Shown here one piece after another: positions 50,898 to 61,620 of a stretch of 64,000 nucleotides of DNA. The translations under genes and the position numbers were made by a program. The stretch's first letter is position 1. The number at the start of each line of letters is the position of its first letter. This DNA is from Candidatus Latescibacterota bacterium (GTDB taxonomy: Bacteria; Latescibacterota; UBA2968; GCA-2709665): assembly GCA_963667175.2 (NCBI GenBank), contig CAXXXF010000016.1, positions 96,001-160,000 of the forward strand. Reading direction: 5' to 3'. Under the pieces are notes generated by a model, which saw nothing but the letters and a program-made list of their open reading frames with translations, had not been told where the DNA came from and did no database searches.

Positions 50898-52322
50898 GGG
50901 AATGTACCTATCTTAGTTGAAATAGAAGAGGCTCCGATGTAAATTGGATACGGTAGTCGCGAAATGAATACTGTATCCTCATACGAAAGGAGCCTGTGAT
51001 GGGCAAGGTATCATCGAAGTCTCGTGAAGTCAAGTTGAACACGGAAGGTGTTGTGAGGTCCAGGGCGGTTCCCGCGGGTATGCTGGAGGATGTTGACGTC
51101 CGTGTGGCCTTTATCCAGTCGCTGATCCCTCTGGGTCTGGCCGCCGTGGAGGAAATCTTGCAGAATGAGGTCGCCGCGTTGACGGGCAAGAGATACAGTC
51201 GCAAGACGTGCAAGACCCGGAATCGCCGGTGGGGCACGCAACGGGGATCGGTGTATCTATCGGACCAGAAAGTGCCCATGGACGTGCCGAGGGTGCGCGA
51301 CGTGGTAGCCAATGAGGAGGTGCCTCTACAGGCGTATCGCCGCTTGCAGCGCCCCAAAGACATGGACGAAGGGTTGCTGCTTCGCGTCCTGGGCGGCCTT
51401 GCCACGCGTTCATACGCCCGTTGCGCAGAGGCGGTACCCGAGGCGTTTGGCTTGTCTTCGTCGACGGTCTCGAAACGGTTCATGAAGGCATCGGCGGCCA
51501 AGCTGAGGCAGTTTCAAGAACGGTCGCTTGCCGGCTATGACCTGGTGGGGCTGTTTATGGATGGCAAGACCTTTGCCGATCAGCAGATGATCATTGCCCT
51601 TGGCGTGACCATACACGGGCACAAGGTCCCGCTGGGGTTCGTGCAGGCCGCCAGTGAAAATGAGCGCGTGTGCCGGCAGTTTGTCAATTCGCTCATTGAT
51701 CGCGGACTGCGGTATCACCAGGGGCTGCTGTGCCTCATCGACGGCTCGAAGGGATTGCGGTCCGCGCTGACCAAGGCCCTATCCGGATACGTCGCCATAC
51801 AACGCTGTCAGTGGCACAAACGGGAAAACGTGATCGCCTATCTGCCCAAATCACAGCAGGACGAGGTCAGAAAGGCCCTCCACGATGCGTACGACAAGGA
51901 GACCTACAACGACGCCAAAGCCGCACTCCAGGCCCTCAAACCCTCCCTGGCGCTGAGGAATGCAGCGGCACTGAACAGCCTCGAGGAAGGGCTCGAAGAA
52001 ACCCTCACCCTCCATCGGCTGGGACTCATGCCACAGCTCAAACAGTCGTTCCGCACCACCAACTGTATCGAATCCCTCAACGCCATGGTCGCTCAGCGCA
52101 CACGCAATGTAAAACGATGGAACAACTCCGATCAGCGATATCGATGGTTGGCAGCCGCCCTGTTGGATATACAGCCCCGACTGCGGAGAATCAAAGGATA
52201 TCGCTTTCTTCCCGTACTCAGACTTCCACTACAAAAACACCTCAACCTCAATCATGACGCGCAAGAGGCCTACGCCGCCGACTGAACGCCTCTCCTTTTT
52301 CAACTAAAAATAGTACTTGCCC
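50898..52322 (+). mobile_element. IS256-family insertion sequence
   Basis: Imperfect IRs GGGAATGTACCTATCTTAGTTGAAA and TTTCAACTAAAAATAGTACTTGCCC; 8-bp target duplication GTGTTGGC at 50890-50897 and 52323-52330. Confidence 0.93.
50999..52285 (+). CDS. IS256-family DDE transposase
   Basis: FMDG, IDGSKGL, QRCQWHK, RTTNCIESLN. Confidence 0.95.
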   Translation: MGKVSSKSREVKLNTEGVVRSRAVPAGMLEDVDVRVAFIQSLIPLGLAAVEEILQNEVAALTGKRYSRKTCKTRNRRWGTQRGSVYLSDQKVPMDVPRVRDVVANEEVPLQAYRRLQRPKDMDEGLLLRVLGGLATRSYARCAEAVPEAFGLSSSTVSKRFMKASAAKLRQFQERSLAGYDLVGLFMDGKTFADQQMIIALGVTIHGHKVPLGFVQAASENERVCRQFVNSLIDRGLRYHQGLLCLIDGSKGLRSALTKALSGYVAIQRCQWHKRENVIAYLPKSQQDEVRKALHDAYDKETYNDAKAALQALKPSLALRNAAALNSLEEGLEETLTLHRLGLMPQLKQSFRTTNCIESLNAMVAQRTRNVKRWNNSDQRYRWLAAALLDIQPRLRRIKGYRFLPVLRLPLQKHLNLNHDAQEAYAAD

Positions 52323-52382
52323 GTGTTGGCGTAAGGCGTCAAATAACGCGTGAAAGAGGTCTTTCCTGTCGAGTAGCATCAT
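52323..52382 (-). pseudogene. HNH endonuclease, 5' part
   Basis: MMLLDRKDLFHALFDALRQH continues as THAVYFVGGDNPY once the IS is removed. Confidence 0.8.
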
Positions 52383-52401
52383 TTCGCATAGGCCTCGTTG
52401 A

Positions 52402-55400
52402 TTATACAGACGAAAGCTCTTCGACAAATCGAGGATCGATCGAGTATGTGGACGATATCCACTCATCAATTCCCCGCAAACGGCGGTCGGCGCACAACTC
52501 CGTTAGGTTCGGTGACATGAAGCGTTCCTTTACGGAGTTGGGTATATTCTTTTCGCCTGCGTCTCGATTGATACCGCGGACAAGCGAAGTGAAGGAAAAC
52601 AACTCCCTCAAATCAGCCCACTCGGCACCGATTCCTGACAGGAACACGAAGTCGGCTCTTCTCGTTAGCGACGACAGCTTCTGATAGTTGAAATTGCCGA
52701 TATACTTACCGGCGTTCTTCTTGAAGACAAGTGCGGAATACCTGTAATTGTGCAGCAACTCCCCGATAATTGCCAGTCGATGTAAGTGATCGTCCGGGAT
52801 TGTGTTTACCGGTGTAAGGAGATCGTCAAGCAACCAATTTGTGACGTGGAAGCCGTCACCCCGGGTCAGCCAATACCAAAAGCACGTGTCGCCGCCTGTG
52901 ATGGCGAGAGCCGCAAAGGCTTCCTCTTTCGAATGCAGACCCACCCAACCGGATTGCGACGGACCAAGAACACTGCGATCATCGGGATGTAATACTGGTG
53001 GCGGCTCGATATACGTGGAGATGAAATTGCGTGCAGTTGGCGAGAATCCCAACTTGAAAGAATTACGTCCGAGACGGCGGTCGGGAGTTAAACGTGACGT
53101 CGAAGACTGAATATGCATTGCTAACAATTTCGCCCCAAAACGGTTCGTAAGGCGGGGAATTCCGAAAGATTCATTCGGCATCACATCATGCACCTCGTTA
53201 TAGGAAAGATTGTCCAACAAAAAATCTCGATAGGCTGCGCGCCACCTGTATAGGCGGGTAGCGAACAAATCGGTTTTCTGCGCGGCGGAAGTAAGCCATA
53301 TCGTACATCTCTGGCTAACGCCAGAGAATAGCGCAGCCGGTATATTATCGAACGAAGAATGCCAATGCGTACCGGCGCCGGCCATAAGTTCACGTAGTTC
53401 CGAAAATTCAAAGCTAAAAGTCGTTGAAAGTGGGACAATTAACCCACAGCGTCCGCGCCGGCTCAGGATGCGGTGTGATTGTACGACAACGTAACCATAG
53501 ATATCGGGAAATTTTAGATTCTTAGTAGACCGGACTACATAGCCAACCGACCTGCGGTCTACGTACGGCGGATTTCCGACGATCACGTCAAACCCGCCTC
53601 CGTGCATGATGCCATAGAACTCCACAAACCAATGAAATGGCTGGTGGCTTGCGCACCATTGCTCGAAGGCCGTTTGGTCGCCGGTTTTGACGCCGCACTC
53701 ACCGGCCAGATATCGGTTCAACTGGTTACGCAGCTTATCAAGTCGCCCTCTCAGGTCGAATTTCGCACTTGCAAACGCATTCGCATCCATCTCGTGGTCG
53801 GTCTGCATTTCCTGGAACAGACGAAATGCGCGGTCCGCCAATTCGGCGCGTTCTTCGATTTCAGGGAGAGATTGTTCCTTGAACAGATCGCCCCTTACCG
53901 CCCGTCTTACGTCATCGAGAGACGTGAAGCCCACCAATGTGTTACCGGCACGTACGTTGAAGTCAATATCAGGCAAGGGCTCGATTTGCTCATAGTGTTC
54001 CAACTGTGCGACAAGTTTCAGGAAGAGGCGCAGCTTGCAGATTTCCACGGCTTCTTCCATGATGTCCACGCCATAGAGGTTGTTGATAATGATCGACTTG
54101 AGAATGAAATATCTCTCGCTGGGATGCGAGTCAACCTGCTTCAGAATCTTTCGGAAGTCGCTCATTTTTTCAGGGCGGTGCTTGCGTTGCGACCGCTGCA
54201 GATCATCCAGAAGCCCCCGCATTGCTTCGAGGCACGCGGTGTAGATCGGCTCCAGGATGTTGAGCGCGGCGAAGAGGAACGCGCCAGAACCGCACGTCGG
54301 ATCCAGAATCGACACGGCGGAAATCGCCTTCCAGAAGGCGCGGACCAGTTCAGGACCCTCGCTCCCCGAGATGACGTCCTGCGCGAATTTTTCGATATCC
54401 AGGTTGTAGGTGATCAGGTCGTTGATGGCCGTGACCTCACCCAAGGCGAGTTTGGCGTATACTTCCTCGTAGTGGCGCCGCCGTGCGACGTGCTCGCGCC
54501 AGGTTTCCGTTGGCAGGGCATAGTCGCCTGTCGCGGGTTCGTTCCAACCGTCGCGTTTTGCGACATCTTCCAGTCCTGCTGCGATTTCCGAAGGCAGGTC
54601 GCGCTTTCGCACAAGGTCTTCCTTCTTGTGGATATCGTACGTGATCCCGTGACGGACCGCTTCGTAGAAGTACCGATCCGACTCGTCCTGCAACAGAGAC
54701 CACACCCCTCCGTCGGCCCTGAATGCAATCGGGCACGACTTCCTCGCCCGATCGAACAGAAAGGGAATGATCGTGTTACGGCTGATGTATCCGGTAATGT
54801 CCTCTTTGGTGTAGTAGGCCCCCATCTGCTTCTGGTTGATGTACTTCTCGAAGATGTAACCCAGCACGTCGGGGTTGATTTCATTGTCCTGATGTAACGG
54901 CCGGTCGTCCAGGTGCCACGTATAGGCATCGAAAAAGTCGAAGATTCGCTCGAACGCTTCATCGGGTATTTCTATCTCTGGATTATCCCGCTCCAGATCG
55001 TGGACGTCGAACAGGCCGCCATTGAGAAAGGGCACCTTACCCAGCAGCGCCGACAATTCCGGAGAACGATTCGCCTCCGGCTGCCCCAGCCCTTCGTGGA
55101 ACAACTTCAACAGGAACAGCCTGTAGAACCTGTTGAATCGCCCGTTTCCATATTGCTGACGCACGCTTTGGAGGCGGTCGCGGAGATATTCGGTGTTGTT
55201 GTCGAGGAATCCGCGTTTCTGAATGAAGTAGATGAACATCATGCGGTTCAGCATCAGCGAGGCGTACCATTCTTTGTCGGCCAGGTCTCCGATCCCCTCG
55301 ATGAACCCCAGAAAGGCCTCGTGTTCCTTCTTGAAGCGGTCGTAGAACCGTTTGGTGACCTTCTCCACGTCGAAGGCTGCCCGAACGCGGCCGGATACGT

Positions 55401-55851
55401 CGACAATCGTCAGGTCTTCTTCTTCATCGAGTGTGAAGACGATGTTATCCAGCTTCTGAATGAGGCGTTCGCCGGTATCCCCTCGCCGGTACGACTCTGA
55501 TCGTTGCCGGTCGGGACGGCCCGGTTCGCGTTTTACCCATTGCCAGGACTGCTCGCCCTTGTCATGGGTGGCGTAGACGATGATGTGTTCTCGGACCTGT
55601 TTCGCGACGGCCTTTTCGATCTTCCTTCGGTTGGAATATTCGGGAATCGTCGTCTCGTCGCCAGAGACGTGTTGATAGGCGACCATGCCCCGTTTGTGGG
55701 CAATAGCTTTGAGTGTAAACGACCGCTCGCCGACATCAATGACCGTATCGACGCCCCCGTGGTCCCAGCCCAACTCCTCGATGAAGAGAGCGCGGAGGTT
55801 GAACTTGTCCAGATACGTCCTGACTCTTTTTCTGTTCAGAATTGAAGACAC
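52402..55851 (-). CDS. Large amino-DNA methyltransferase (Eco57I/type IIG-like, gamma motif order)
   Basis: FLNGGLF, LGYIFEKY, GAYYT, LDPTCGSGAF, GNPPY, then a TRD-like C-terminus. Confidence 0.9.
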   Translation of the reverse strand: MSSILNRKRVRTYLDKFNLRALFIEELGWDHGGVDTVIDVGERSFTLKAIAHKRGMVAYQHVSGDETTIPEYSNRRKIEKAVAKQVREHIIVYATHDKGEQSWQWVKREPGRPDRQRSESYRRGDTGERLIQKLDNIVFTLDEEEDLTIVDVSGRVRAAFDVEKVTKRFYDRFKKEHEAFLGFIEGIGDLADKEWYASLMLNRMMFIYFIQKRGFLDNNTEYLRDRLQSVRQQYGNGRFNRFYRLFLLKLFHEGLGQPEANRSPELSALLGKVPFLNGGLFDVHDLERDNPEIEIPDEAFERIFDFFDAYTWHLDDRPLHQDNEINPDVLGYIFEKYINQKQMGAYYTKEDITGYISRNTIIPFLFDRARKSCPIAFRADGGVWSLLQDESDRYFYEAVRHGITYDIHKKEDLVRKRDLPSEIAAGLEDVAKRDGWNEPATGDYALPTETWREHVARRRHYEEVYAKLALGEVTAINDLITYNLDIEKFAQDVISGSEGPELVRAFWKAISAVSILDPTCGSGAFLFAALNILEPIYTACLEAMRGLLDDLQRSQRKHRPEKMSDFRKILKQVDSHPSERYFILKSIIINNLYGVDIMEEAVEICKLRLFLKLVAQLEHYEQIEPLPDIDFNVRAGNTLVGFTSLDDVRRAVRGDLFKEQSLPEIEERAELADRAFRLFQEMQTDHEMDANAFASAKFDLRGRLDKLRNQLNRYLAGECGVKTGDQTAFEQWCASHQPFHWFVEFYGIMHGGGFDVIVGNPPYVDRRSVGYVVRSTKNLKFPDIYGYVVVQSHRILSRRGRCGLIVPLSTTFSFEFSELRELMAGAGTHWHSSFDNIPAALFSGVSQRCTIWLTSAAQKTDLFATRLYRWRAAYRDFLLDNLSYNEVHDVMPNESFGIPRLTNRFGAKLLAMHIQSSTSRLTPDRRLGRNSFKLGFSPTARNFISTYIEPPPVLHPDDRSVLGPSQSGWVGLHSKEEAFAALAITGGDTCFWYWLTRGDGFHVTNWLLDDLLTPVNTIPDDHLHRLAIIGELLHNYRYSALVFKKNAGKYIGNFNYQKLSSLTRRADFVFLSGIGAEWADLRELFSFTSLVRGINRDAGEKNIPNSVKERFMSPNLTELCADRRLRGIDEWISSTYSIDPRFVEELSSV

Positions 55852-55870
55852 CTGGATGTCCCCTGATGCG

Positions 55871-56329
55871 TCACGTCCGAACGAGATCGACCAGCGAAAC
55901 GGTGTCGATTTCGTCGAATCGCGCGAAGTCGTGCCGGTTCTGCGTTACCAGCCTTCGGATGCCACGGGTTGTCATTGTGGCGACGATATTGGCGTCATGC
56001 AACCCTTTGCCTTGAACGCCATATCTCAATGCAAGTTGGCGCAGATTGCCAGCGACCTCCTGGTTTTCGTCGAACAATTGAAGGTGACGCCGGAACTCAT
56101 CCACGTTTCCAACAACGTCGCGTACGTTCAGACCAAGACCGTTTGCACGAATGGGACGCGATGCGACTGCCATGTATTCCCTGAGAATCTGCCCACTTCC
56201 GGCGAGGCGAATACCGCGCCCGGGGGACTCGGCCAGTAGCCTTATTGCTTCCGCGTGTTGGCGTCGCGATTCGTCCGTCGCGGTCAAGAGGACGTTGGTG
56301 TCCAGAAAATGAAAATTACCGGCCATCAT
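55871..56329 (-). CDS. PIN-domain (VapC-like) toxin
   Basis: FLDTNVL, QILREY, HDANIVA, TQN..DF; start could be 56326-56335. Confidence 0.9.
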   Translation of the reverse strand: MMAGNFHFLDTNVLLTATDESRRQHAEAIRLLAESPGRGIRLAGSGQILREYMAVASRPIRANGLGLNVRDVVGNVDEFRRHLQLFDENQEVAGNLRQLALRYGVQGKGLHDANIVATMTTRGIRRLVTQNRHDFARFDEIDTVSLVDLVRT

Positions 56330-56588
56330 CGCCATAGATCTCATCCCGATTCCACGACGTCGTCTTTCCAGTCCTGACTGTCACCAGATCCAGCATCGGG
56401 ACATCCTCGTTTTTCGTGCCTGTCCCGTCCAACTCAGCAAGACCGGATTCATTATCGGACCTGGGACGAAGAACGAAACCGTCAGGCCCTTTCTCGATCT
56501 CAAGATGGTCTCCGGGACCTACCCGCAGCATGTTCAGCACCCGCTCTGGCAGGGTGACCTGGCCTCCTGAGCTTATCTTTACAATCAT
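56316..56588 (-). CDS. AbrB/MazE/SpoVT-type antitoxin
   Basis: KISSGGQVTLP...GPGD; C-terminal WNRDEIY; overlaps the PIN gene. Confidence 0.85.
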   Translation of the reverse strand: MIVKISSGGQVTLPERVLNMLRVGPGDHLEIEKGPDGFVLRPRSDNESGLAELDGTGTKNEDVPMLDLVTVRTGKTTSWNRDEIYGDDGR

Positions 56589-56646
56589 GGGGACTTCCTT
56601 AAAACCGGATGGTGAGTAACCGAACCAGTAATAACGTTGCAATCAT

Positions 56647-56811
56647 GAAACAGAATCAAAGGCACGAACTACGAAAGACGCGAAATAGCGCGAAACAAGA
56701 TCAAAGGCTCGGACTACGAAAAACACGAAACAGAATCAAAGGCACGAACTACGAAAGACGCGAAATAGGATCAAAGGCATGAACTGCGAAAAATACGAAA
56801 TGGCACGAAAC
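56647..56811 (+). repeat. Four degenerate ~35-bp tandem repeats downstream of the GxxExxY gene
   Basis: Unit approximately GAAACAGAATCAAAGGCACGAACTACGAAAGACGC. Confidence 0.85.
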
Positions 56812-56816
56812 GAGGT

Positions 56817-57203
56817 CTATCGTTCGTTTACGAAACGTTCGTGTTCTAATCCTTGATGATGGCCGAAATTGACGAGCAGGCCGAGTTTCACGCCTGTTGA
56901 TTTCAGGTAGTTGACAATTTGCGCGCGGTGTTCATCTCCCAGTTGTTTCACTGCTTTGATTTCCACGATAATCCTATCGAAACAGAAAAAATCCGGCTGG
57001 TAGAACTGTTTCAACGCCTGTCCTTTGTAATGTATTTTCAGGTCCATTTTCTCTTCGTACGGGATCGCCGAGGAATCGAATTCCATCGCAAGACACTCCT
57101 GGTAAACCGCTTCAAGAAAGCCGGTTCCCTTTTCCTTGTACACTTCAAAGCAGGCGCCGACAATCCGATAACTTTCCTCTTTGTAGACGATTTCTCCAGT
57201 CAT
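56817..57203 (-). CDS. GxxExxY protein (PD-(D/E)xK fold)
   Basis: GFLEAVY, PDF, IVEIKA, QIVNYL, GLLVNFG. Confidence 0.93.
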   Translation of the reverse strand: MTGEIVYKEESYRIVGACFEVYKEKGTGFLEAVYQECLAMEFDSSAIPYEEKMDLKIHYKGQALKQFYQPDFFCFDRIIVEIKAVKQLGDEHRAQIVNYLKSTGVKLGLLVNFGHHQGLEHERFVNER

Positions 57204-57748
57204 ACCTTTTGTGTCTTTCGTTGTTTATCGGACCCATAGTACAGATGATCCGGGGCGCCTGCGGTTCATCGTCCACTTCGACAACCTGAACGCCTCTCTG
57301 TAGACGATTTGTCCCTTATATCTTTCGCGTTTTTTCGCGCGTTTCGTAGTTGGTCTTTCTTTGTTTTTCGCGACTTACGCAGTCGATCTTTTCGTGTCTT
57401 TTCGCGTGTTTCGTAGTTAATATTTCTTTGTTTTTTTGCGTTTTTTCGCGTCTTTCGTAGTCAATCTTTCTTTGTTTTTTCGCGACTCTCGTAGTCAATC
57501 AGACCCATAGAACAGATGACTCTGCTGGACTCGTGCGGTTCGTCGTCCACTCAGACAACGTAAATGCCTCTCTGTAGACGATTCTCCAGTCATACCTTTC
57601 GCGTTTTTTCGCGTGTTTCGTAGTTAATGTTTCTTTGTTTTTTGCGTCTTTTCGCGTCTTTCCTCGTCTTTTCGCGACTCTCGTAGTCAATCAAGCCCAT
57701 AGAACAGATGATCCGCGGTTCCCGCGGTTCGTCGTCCTCGTGCACGAC
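57204..57748 (-). repeat. Triplicated unit: helicase 3' end + ACTACGAAAnACGCGAAA repeats + GxxExxY 5' start
   Basis: Three diverged copies: [43 protein letters not shown]. Each is followed by A-rich repeat sequence and ATCGTCTACARAGAGG. Confidence 0.85.
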
Positions 57749-60700
57749 ACAGAGCCGCCCATCCTCCCATATCTCGATCACGACAGAAGCCAGATCCTCG
57801 TCGGAAATACCGCTTCGCAATTGCCGGTTCAGTGTATCCACGGTCGATTGCCGTAGCGGATATCGGTAGATCTCACCCACCGCCCGACGAAGTTGCTGTG
57901 TATCGAAGAGTGTGCCCTCGACACTCTCGGCATAGTTCTTCAGTCGTTCATAGGTACGGAACCTCGCGCCGGAAGGTCGTCCCAGTTGACCGCCGACCTG
58001 ATTCTCCTCGCGCGCGATCCGTTCCGCGGCCTTTCCGACAAGATTGTGATGTTTCTCGTGTCGGGGCAGTGCCGGTGTGTCCGGCTTGCATTCTGCCGCA
58101 CGCAGGATTTCAAACTGGCTTTCCGTGACACTGCTGCCTTCCCAATCCATCCACGCGAGGGCGTCGTTGTCCTGGGTTGTCCGCATGTAAACGAGTACGC
58201 CATTCTGCTGATTCTCTTTAGGCGAGGCGGCTTTGGAGGCGTGCACGACGTCCGGCATCTCCTCCACTGTTTTCTCCAGCGTCGGATCGGCAGTCGTGGC
58301 GTTTCTCCAGATCTGATAGGCATATGAAGCCAGGTCCACCTCGGAATCGTCGTCGCCGTCGAGGATTCCGGTCTGTTCGTTATACAGATCCACGACGGAA
58401 CGAGTGTCATCGTCCTCGAAAAAGGCCTCGTCGGTTCCCACCACTTCCGCGTTCTCGCCCAGGCGCTGTCTTACGCGGGCGCGTAACCGAATCACACGTT
58501 CGATGCCCTCGGCGGGAAGAAAGGAGTAACAGAGGATGTCCTGCGCCGACTGCCCGATGCGGTCCACGCGTCCGGCTCTCTGGATCAGCCGGATGATTGC
58601 CCACGGAAGGTCGTAATTGACGACGATGGCGCAATCCTGCAGGTTCTGTCCCTCGCTCAACACGTCCGTCGCGACCAGCACTCTGAGTTCCTCATCAGCC
58701 GCGATCTGCCCGCCCTTTTCATTGCTCCTGGGACTGAAACGCCAGGCCAGCTGAGTCGGATCCGCCGAACCGCCCGTAACGCCGGACAACCGTTCCATGC
58801 CCTCATCCCTGAGCTGACGTTCCAGGTAATGTACCGTATCGGCGAACTGCGTGAAGACCAGAACCTTGTTACGTGGATGCTTGTCCGCAAGGATCTTCTG
58901 CAGAGCGGCAAGCTTGGCGTCGAGCGACGGATTCCATTGGCCGAAGTCCTCCAACATTTCACGCAACGTTCTGGTGTCCGACAAAAGAGATTGCAGCAGT
59001 GACTCGCCGAAGTGACGCGGGCTGAGCCAACGAAATCGACTTCTGTATCGTTCGCTGTAATCAGTGTAAACTCTCGCGGCGTGCCGACGGAACTCTTCCT
59101 CGGTTCTTAGGGAGTATTCGGTCTGATTCTGGCCGCCTTCGTCCTCTCCTTCGTCAAAAATGTCACCGGCAGCGCCGTCCGCATCCTCGTCGTAAGATTG
59201 GGGATCCAGAATGCCGGCATCTGTCGTGCCGATCGGCAGATCGAGTCCGTTTTCGATGGCATGGATAAAGATGAAGTTCCTCAGCACGTGCCGCTCGATC
59301 GACAGCAGGAACGAATGACCGCTGCTTTCAAGGCGTTTGAACAAATTGGTACGGCAGAAGCCCATTAGGCGCCTTCCCGCGCGCGACAGGTCCTGCAGGA
59401 TTCGGTCCTCGGCAGAAGATGGCGGCGGATCGACCGACGACATCAGGTAGTTCGCCAGACCGTAGCGCGGGAGTTCCAATCCGTTGATGGCGGAAACCAC
59501 GTTGTCGTCGAAGAGCCGCGCGTACTGGTTGTCGATTTCGAAACCCACGGTTCGCGGAACGCGAACGGGGAAATAGGAGCGCGAGCCGTCTTCGAACGTC
59601 AGATACCTTCGTCCATTCGCCGAATCCAGCGTGGCGTAGTTCTCCTGAATAAAGCTGCGCGTGCGCCGTACGAGGTAGCGTCGCATCAATTCGCGCCAGT
59701 CGTCCGCGTATTCGGACTGTTCGAATGCCGCGAGCGACCGGACGTCCGCCTGGTGGCGGCGAATAAACTCGGTTTCTCCGACCTCGCGCAACAGGCGCTC
59801 GGGTCTGATGCCCAGGTCTTCATCCTCATGCACAAACAACCGGATCTGGTTTGAGAGATCGTGGTACGTCTTGTTGTACGGCGTGGCCGAAAGCAGAATG
59901 CACTTGCTCTCGTTCTCACGAATGTATTCCTGGATTGCGCGGTACCTTTTTCCCTCTCGATTCCGGAGATTGTGGCTCTCGTCAATGACAACCAGCCTGT
60001 AGCGTCGCATGTCGGGGAGTCTGTTGATCGCCCGGCTGATCGAAAGTACCCGCGCCCGCAATCGATACTCGTCGCGATAGTCCTCCCACATCGGCGCCAG
60101 ATTCTTGGGGCATATAATCAGCGTTTCTACCCCATAATCGTCTTCAAATACCCGCGCTAACGCCGTGGCCATCAGCGTTTTACCGAGTCCCACCACGTCG
60201 CCGATGATCACCCCGCCGCGTTTGTTCAGGTGATGCGCGGCGATCTTCACGGCGGCCACCTGGAAATCGAGAAGCTTGTTGCCGAAGTCGTTCGGAATTC
60301 GGAACTCAGTCAGACCCGCCCGGGCTTCCTGAGACAGGTGATAAGCCATCTTCACGTAAATGTGGTACGGCGGAATCAGTCGAGGCCCCGCCCAACTCTC
60401 GTCGATAATCTTGGTGAGTTCGTCCGAAATATCGATGCACCAGCGGTCGGACCAGCGATCTTCGAACCATTGCGCAAGCTTTTCGCAGGCATCGTGATCC
60501 ATCACGTCAACGTTCAACTCACCCTGCCGGGAAAGACCGGACTGCGTGAGATTGCTGCTGCCCAGGTATCCGATTGTAGGATTGATGGGATCCGGCCGGA
60601 ACAGCATGTAGAGCTTGGCATGGAGCGTGTGGCGAAGGTAGAGCTTGACCACGACCTTTTTCGCTTTAATCTGTGCTGATAGCCTGCGAAGTCCGGCCTC

Positions 60701-61036
60701 ATCTACATTATTTGGCGCACCGGTGGCTAACTGATCCCTGAATTCTTCCGCGAGCCGTTTCTTCAGGCGAAGCGCGGTCTGATTGTCGAGTCTTTCATCC
60801 CGAGCGATCAGACTCCTTGCAAGTCGAAACTCGTCGTGCGGCAACCGATGCATGCCCACCAGCAGCCGGCAACAGTGCCCCTCCCCACCCTTCCACTTTT
60901 CGACATATTCGTCAATATTCCGCCACCCACGCAGGTTGAAGTAGCCGACACAGAAGTCCGCACGTTCGGAAACCTCCATCGTCTCCTGAAGTGCAGGAAG
61001 AAGCGGCTGCTCAATATTGTCGAAAATTCGTGGCAT
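57590..61036 (-). CDS. PLD-domain nuclease fused to a SNF2/SF2 helicase
   Basis: HAKLY..GSSNLT (PLD); [31 protein letters not shown]. Confidence 0.92.
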   Translation of the reverse strand: MPRIFDNIEQPLLPALQETMEVSERADFCVGYFNLRGWRNIDEYVEKWKGGEGHCCRLLVGMHRLPHDEFRLARSLIARDERLDNQTALRLKKRLAEEFRDQLATGAPNNVDEAGLRRLSAQIKAKKVVVKLYLRHTLHAKLYMLFRPDPINPTIGYLGSSNLTQSGLSRQGELNVDVMDHDACEKLAQWFEDRWSDRWCIDISDELTKIIDESWAGPRLIPPYHIYVKMAYHLSQEARAGLTEFRIPNDFGNKLLDFQVAAVKIAAHHLNKRGGVIIGDVVGLGKTLMATALARVFEDDYGVETLIICPKNLAPMWEDYRDEYRLRARVLSISRAINRLPDMRRYRLVVIDESHNLRNREGKRYRAIQEYIRENESKCILLSATPYNKTYHDLSNQIRLFVHEDEDLGIRPERLLREVGETEFIRRHQADVRSLAAFEQSEYADDWRELMRRYLVRRTRSFIQENYATLDSANGRRYLTFEDGSRSYFPVRVPRTVGFEIDNQYARLFDDNVVSAINGLELPRYGLANYLMSSVDPPPSSAEDRILQDLSRAGRRLMGFCRTNLFKRLESSGHSFLLSIERHVLRNFIFIHAIENGLDLPIGTTDAGILDPQSYDEDADGAAGDIFDEGEDEGGQNQTEYSLRTEEEFRRHAARVYTDYSERYRSRFRWLSPRHFGESLLQSLLSDTRTLREMLEDFGQWNPSLDAKLAALQKILADKHPRNKVLVFTQFADTVHYLERQLRDEGMERLSGVTGGSADPTQLAWRFSPRSNEKGGQIAADEELRVLVATDVLSEGQNLQDCAIVVNYDLPWAIIRLIQRAGRVDRIGQSAQDILCYSFLPAEGIERVIRLRARVRQRLGENAEVVGTDEAFFEDDDTRSVVDLYNEQTGILDGDDDSEVDLASYAYQIWRNATTADPTLEKTVEEMPDVVHASKAASPKENQQNGVLVYMRTTQDNDALAWMDWEGSSVTESQFEILRAAECKPDTPALPRHEKHHNLVGKAAERIAREENQVGGQLGRPSGARFRTYERLKNYAESVEGTLFDTQQLRRAVGEIYRYPLRQSTVDTLNRQLRSGISDEDLASVVIEIWEDGRLCVVHEDDEPREPRIICSMGLIDYESREKTRKDAKRRKKQRNINYETREKTRKV

Positions 61037-61620
61037 CAGGAGATCTCACTATGTCGCTGGTTCGCAATCGCTTTACACCTCGGACATTTGGCAATACCAG
61101 ATATAGGTAAGTATCCTCCATCTGTCAACCGGCTATTGAGAATCCTCACTACCCTAATGACTACTAACTAGTTGGTAACAATATGCTTAACCCCACATTT
61201 TGCCGAGTTACTCCTTACGACGAGTGACGATTCGCACGTCGAAAAATCCAGAAGGAAGAATAGAAGAAAATGCCTTCCTGCGGAATCGACTACGTCACAA
61301 ATCGAAACCGTTCGTTTTGCCAGGCTCGTTCTTGGATGGTCCAAAACGAATCGGCCATTCAAGCAATTAACTTAAATGGCGTTGGACTAACAATACAATT
61401 GGCAAAAAAGCGTATTATAAAACGAATCACTAACCAGATGAACTGGCCAATTGCGGTGGGATATTTCTTGTTTTACAACGCGAAAACTTGCACGTGTTTC
61501 GAATCTTAGTTTCTGGGTCAGCGGCCGAGGACATCAAATACAGTTTGATATGGGATGATTGAACTGGTGCAGCAATGCCGCGTAAAGACCATCCCAACGG
61601 AAAGGAGAAACCGCACAATA

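Noticed and set aside
56647-57690. CRISPR array
   Set aside because: Repeats are degenerate and abut one another without unique spacers of constant length; no cas genes in the window.
57204-57748. Diversity-generating retroelement TR/VR pair
   Set aside because: Differences between copies are not restricted to adenines, and no reverse transcriptase is present in the window.
61040-61620. Small ORFs between the helicase and the REase
   Set aside because: AT-rich, with no recognisable motifs. A TTGACA at 61128-61123 lacks a convincing -10, so no promoter was called.
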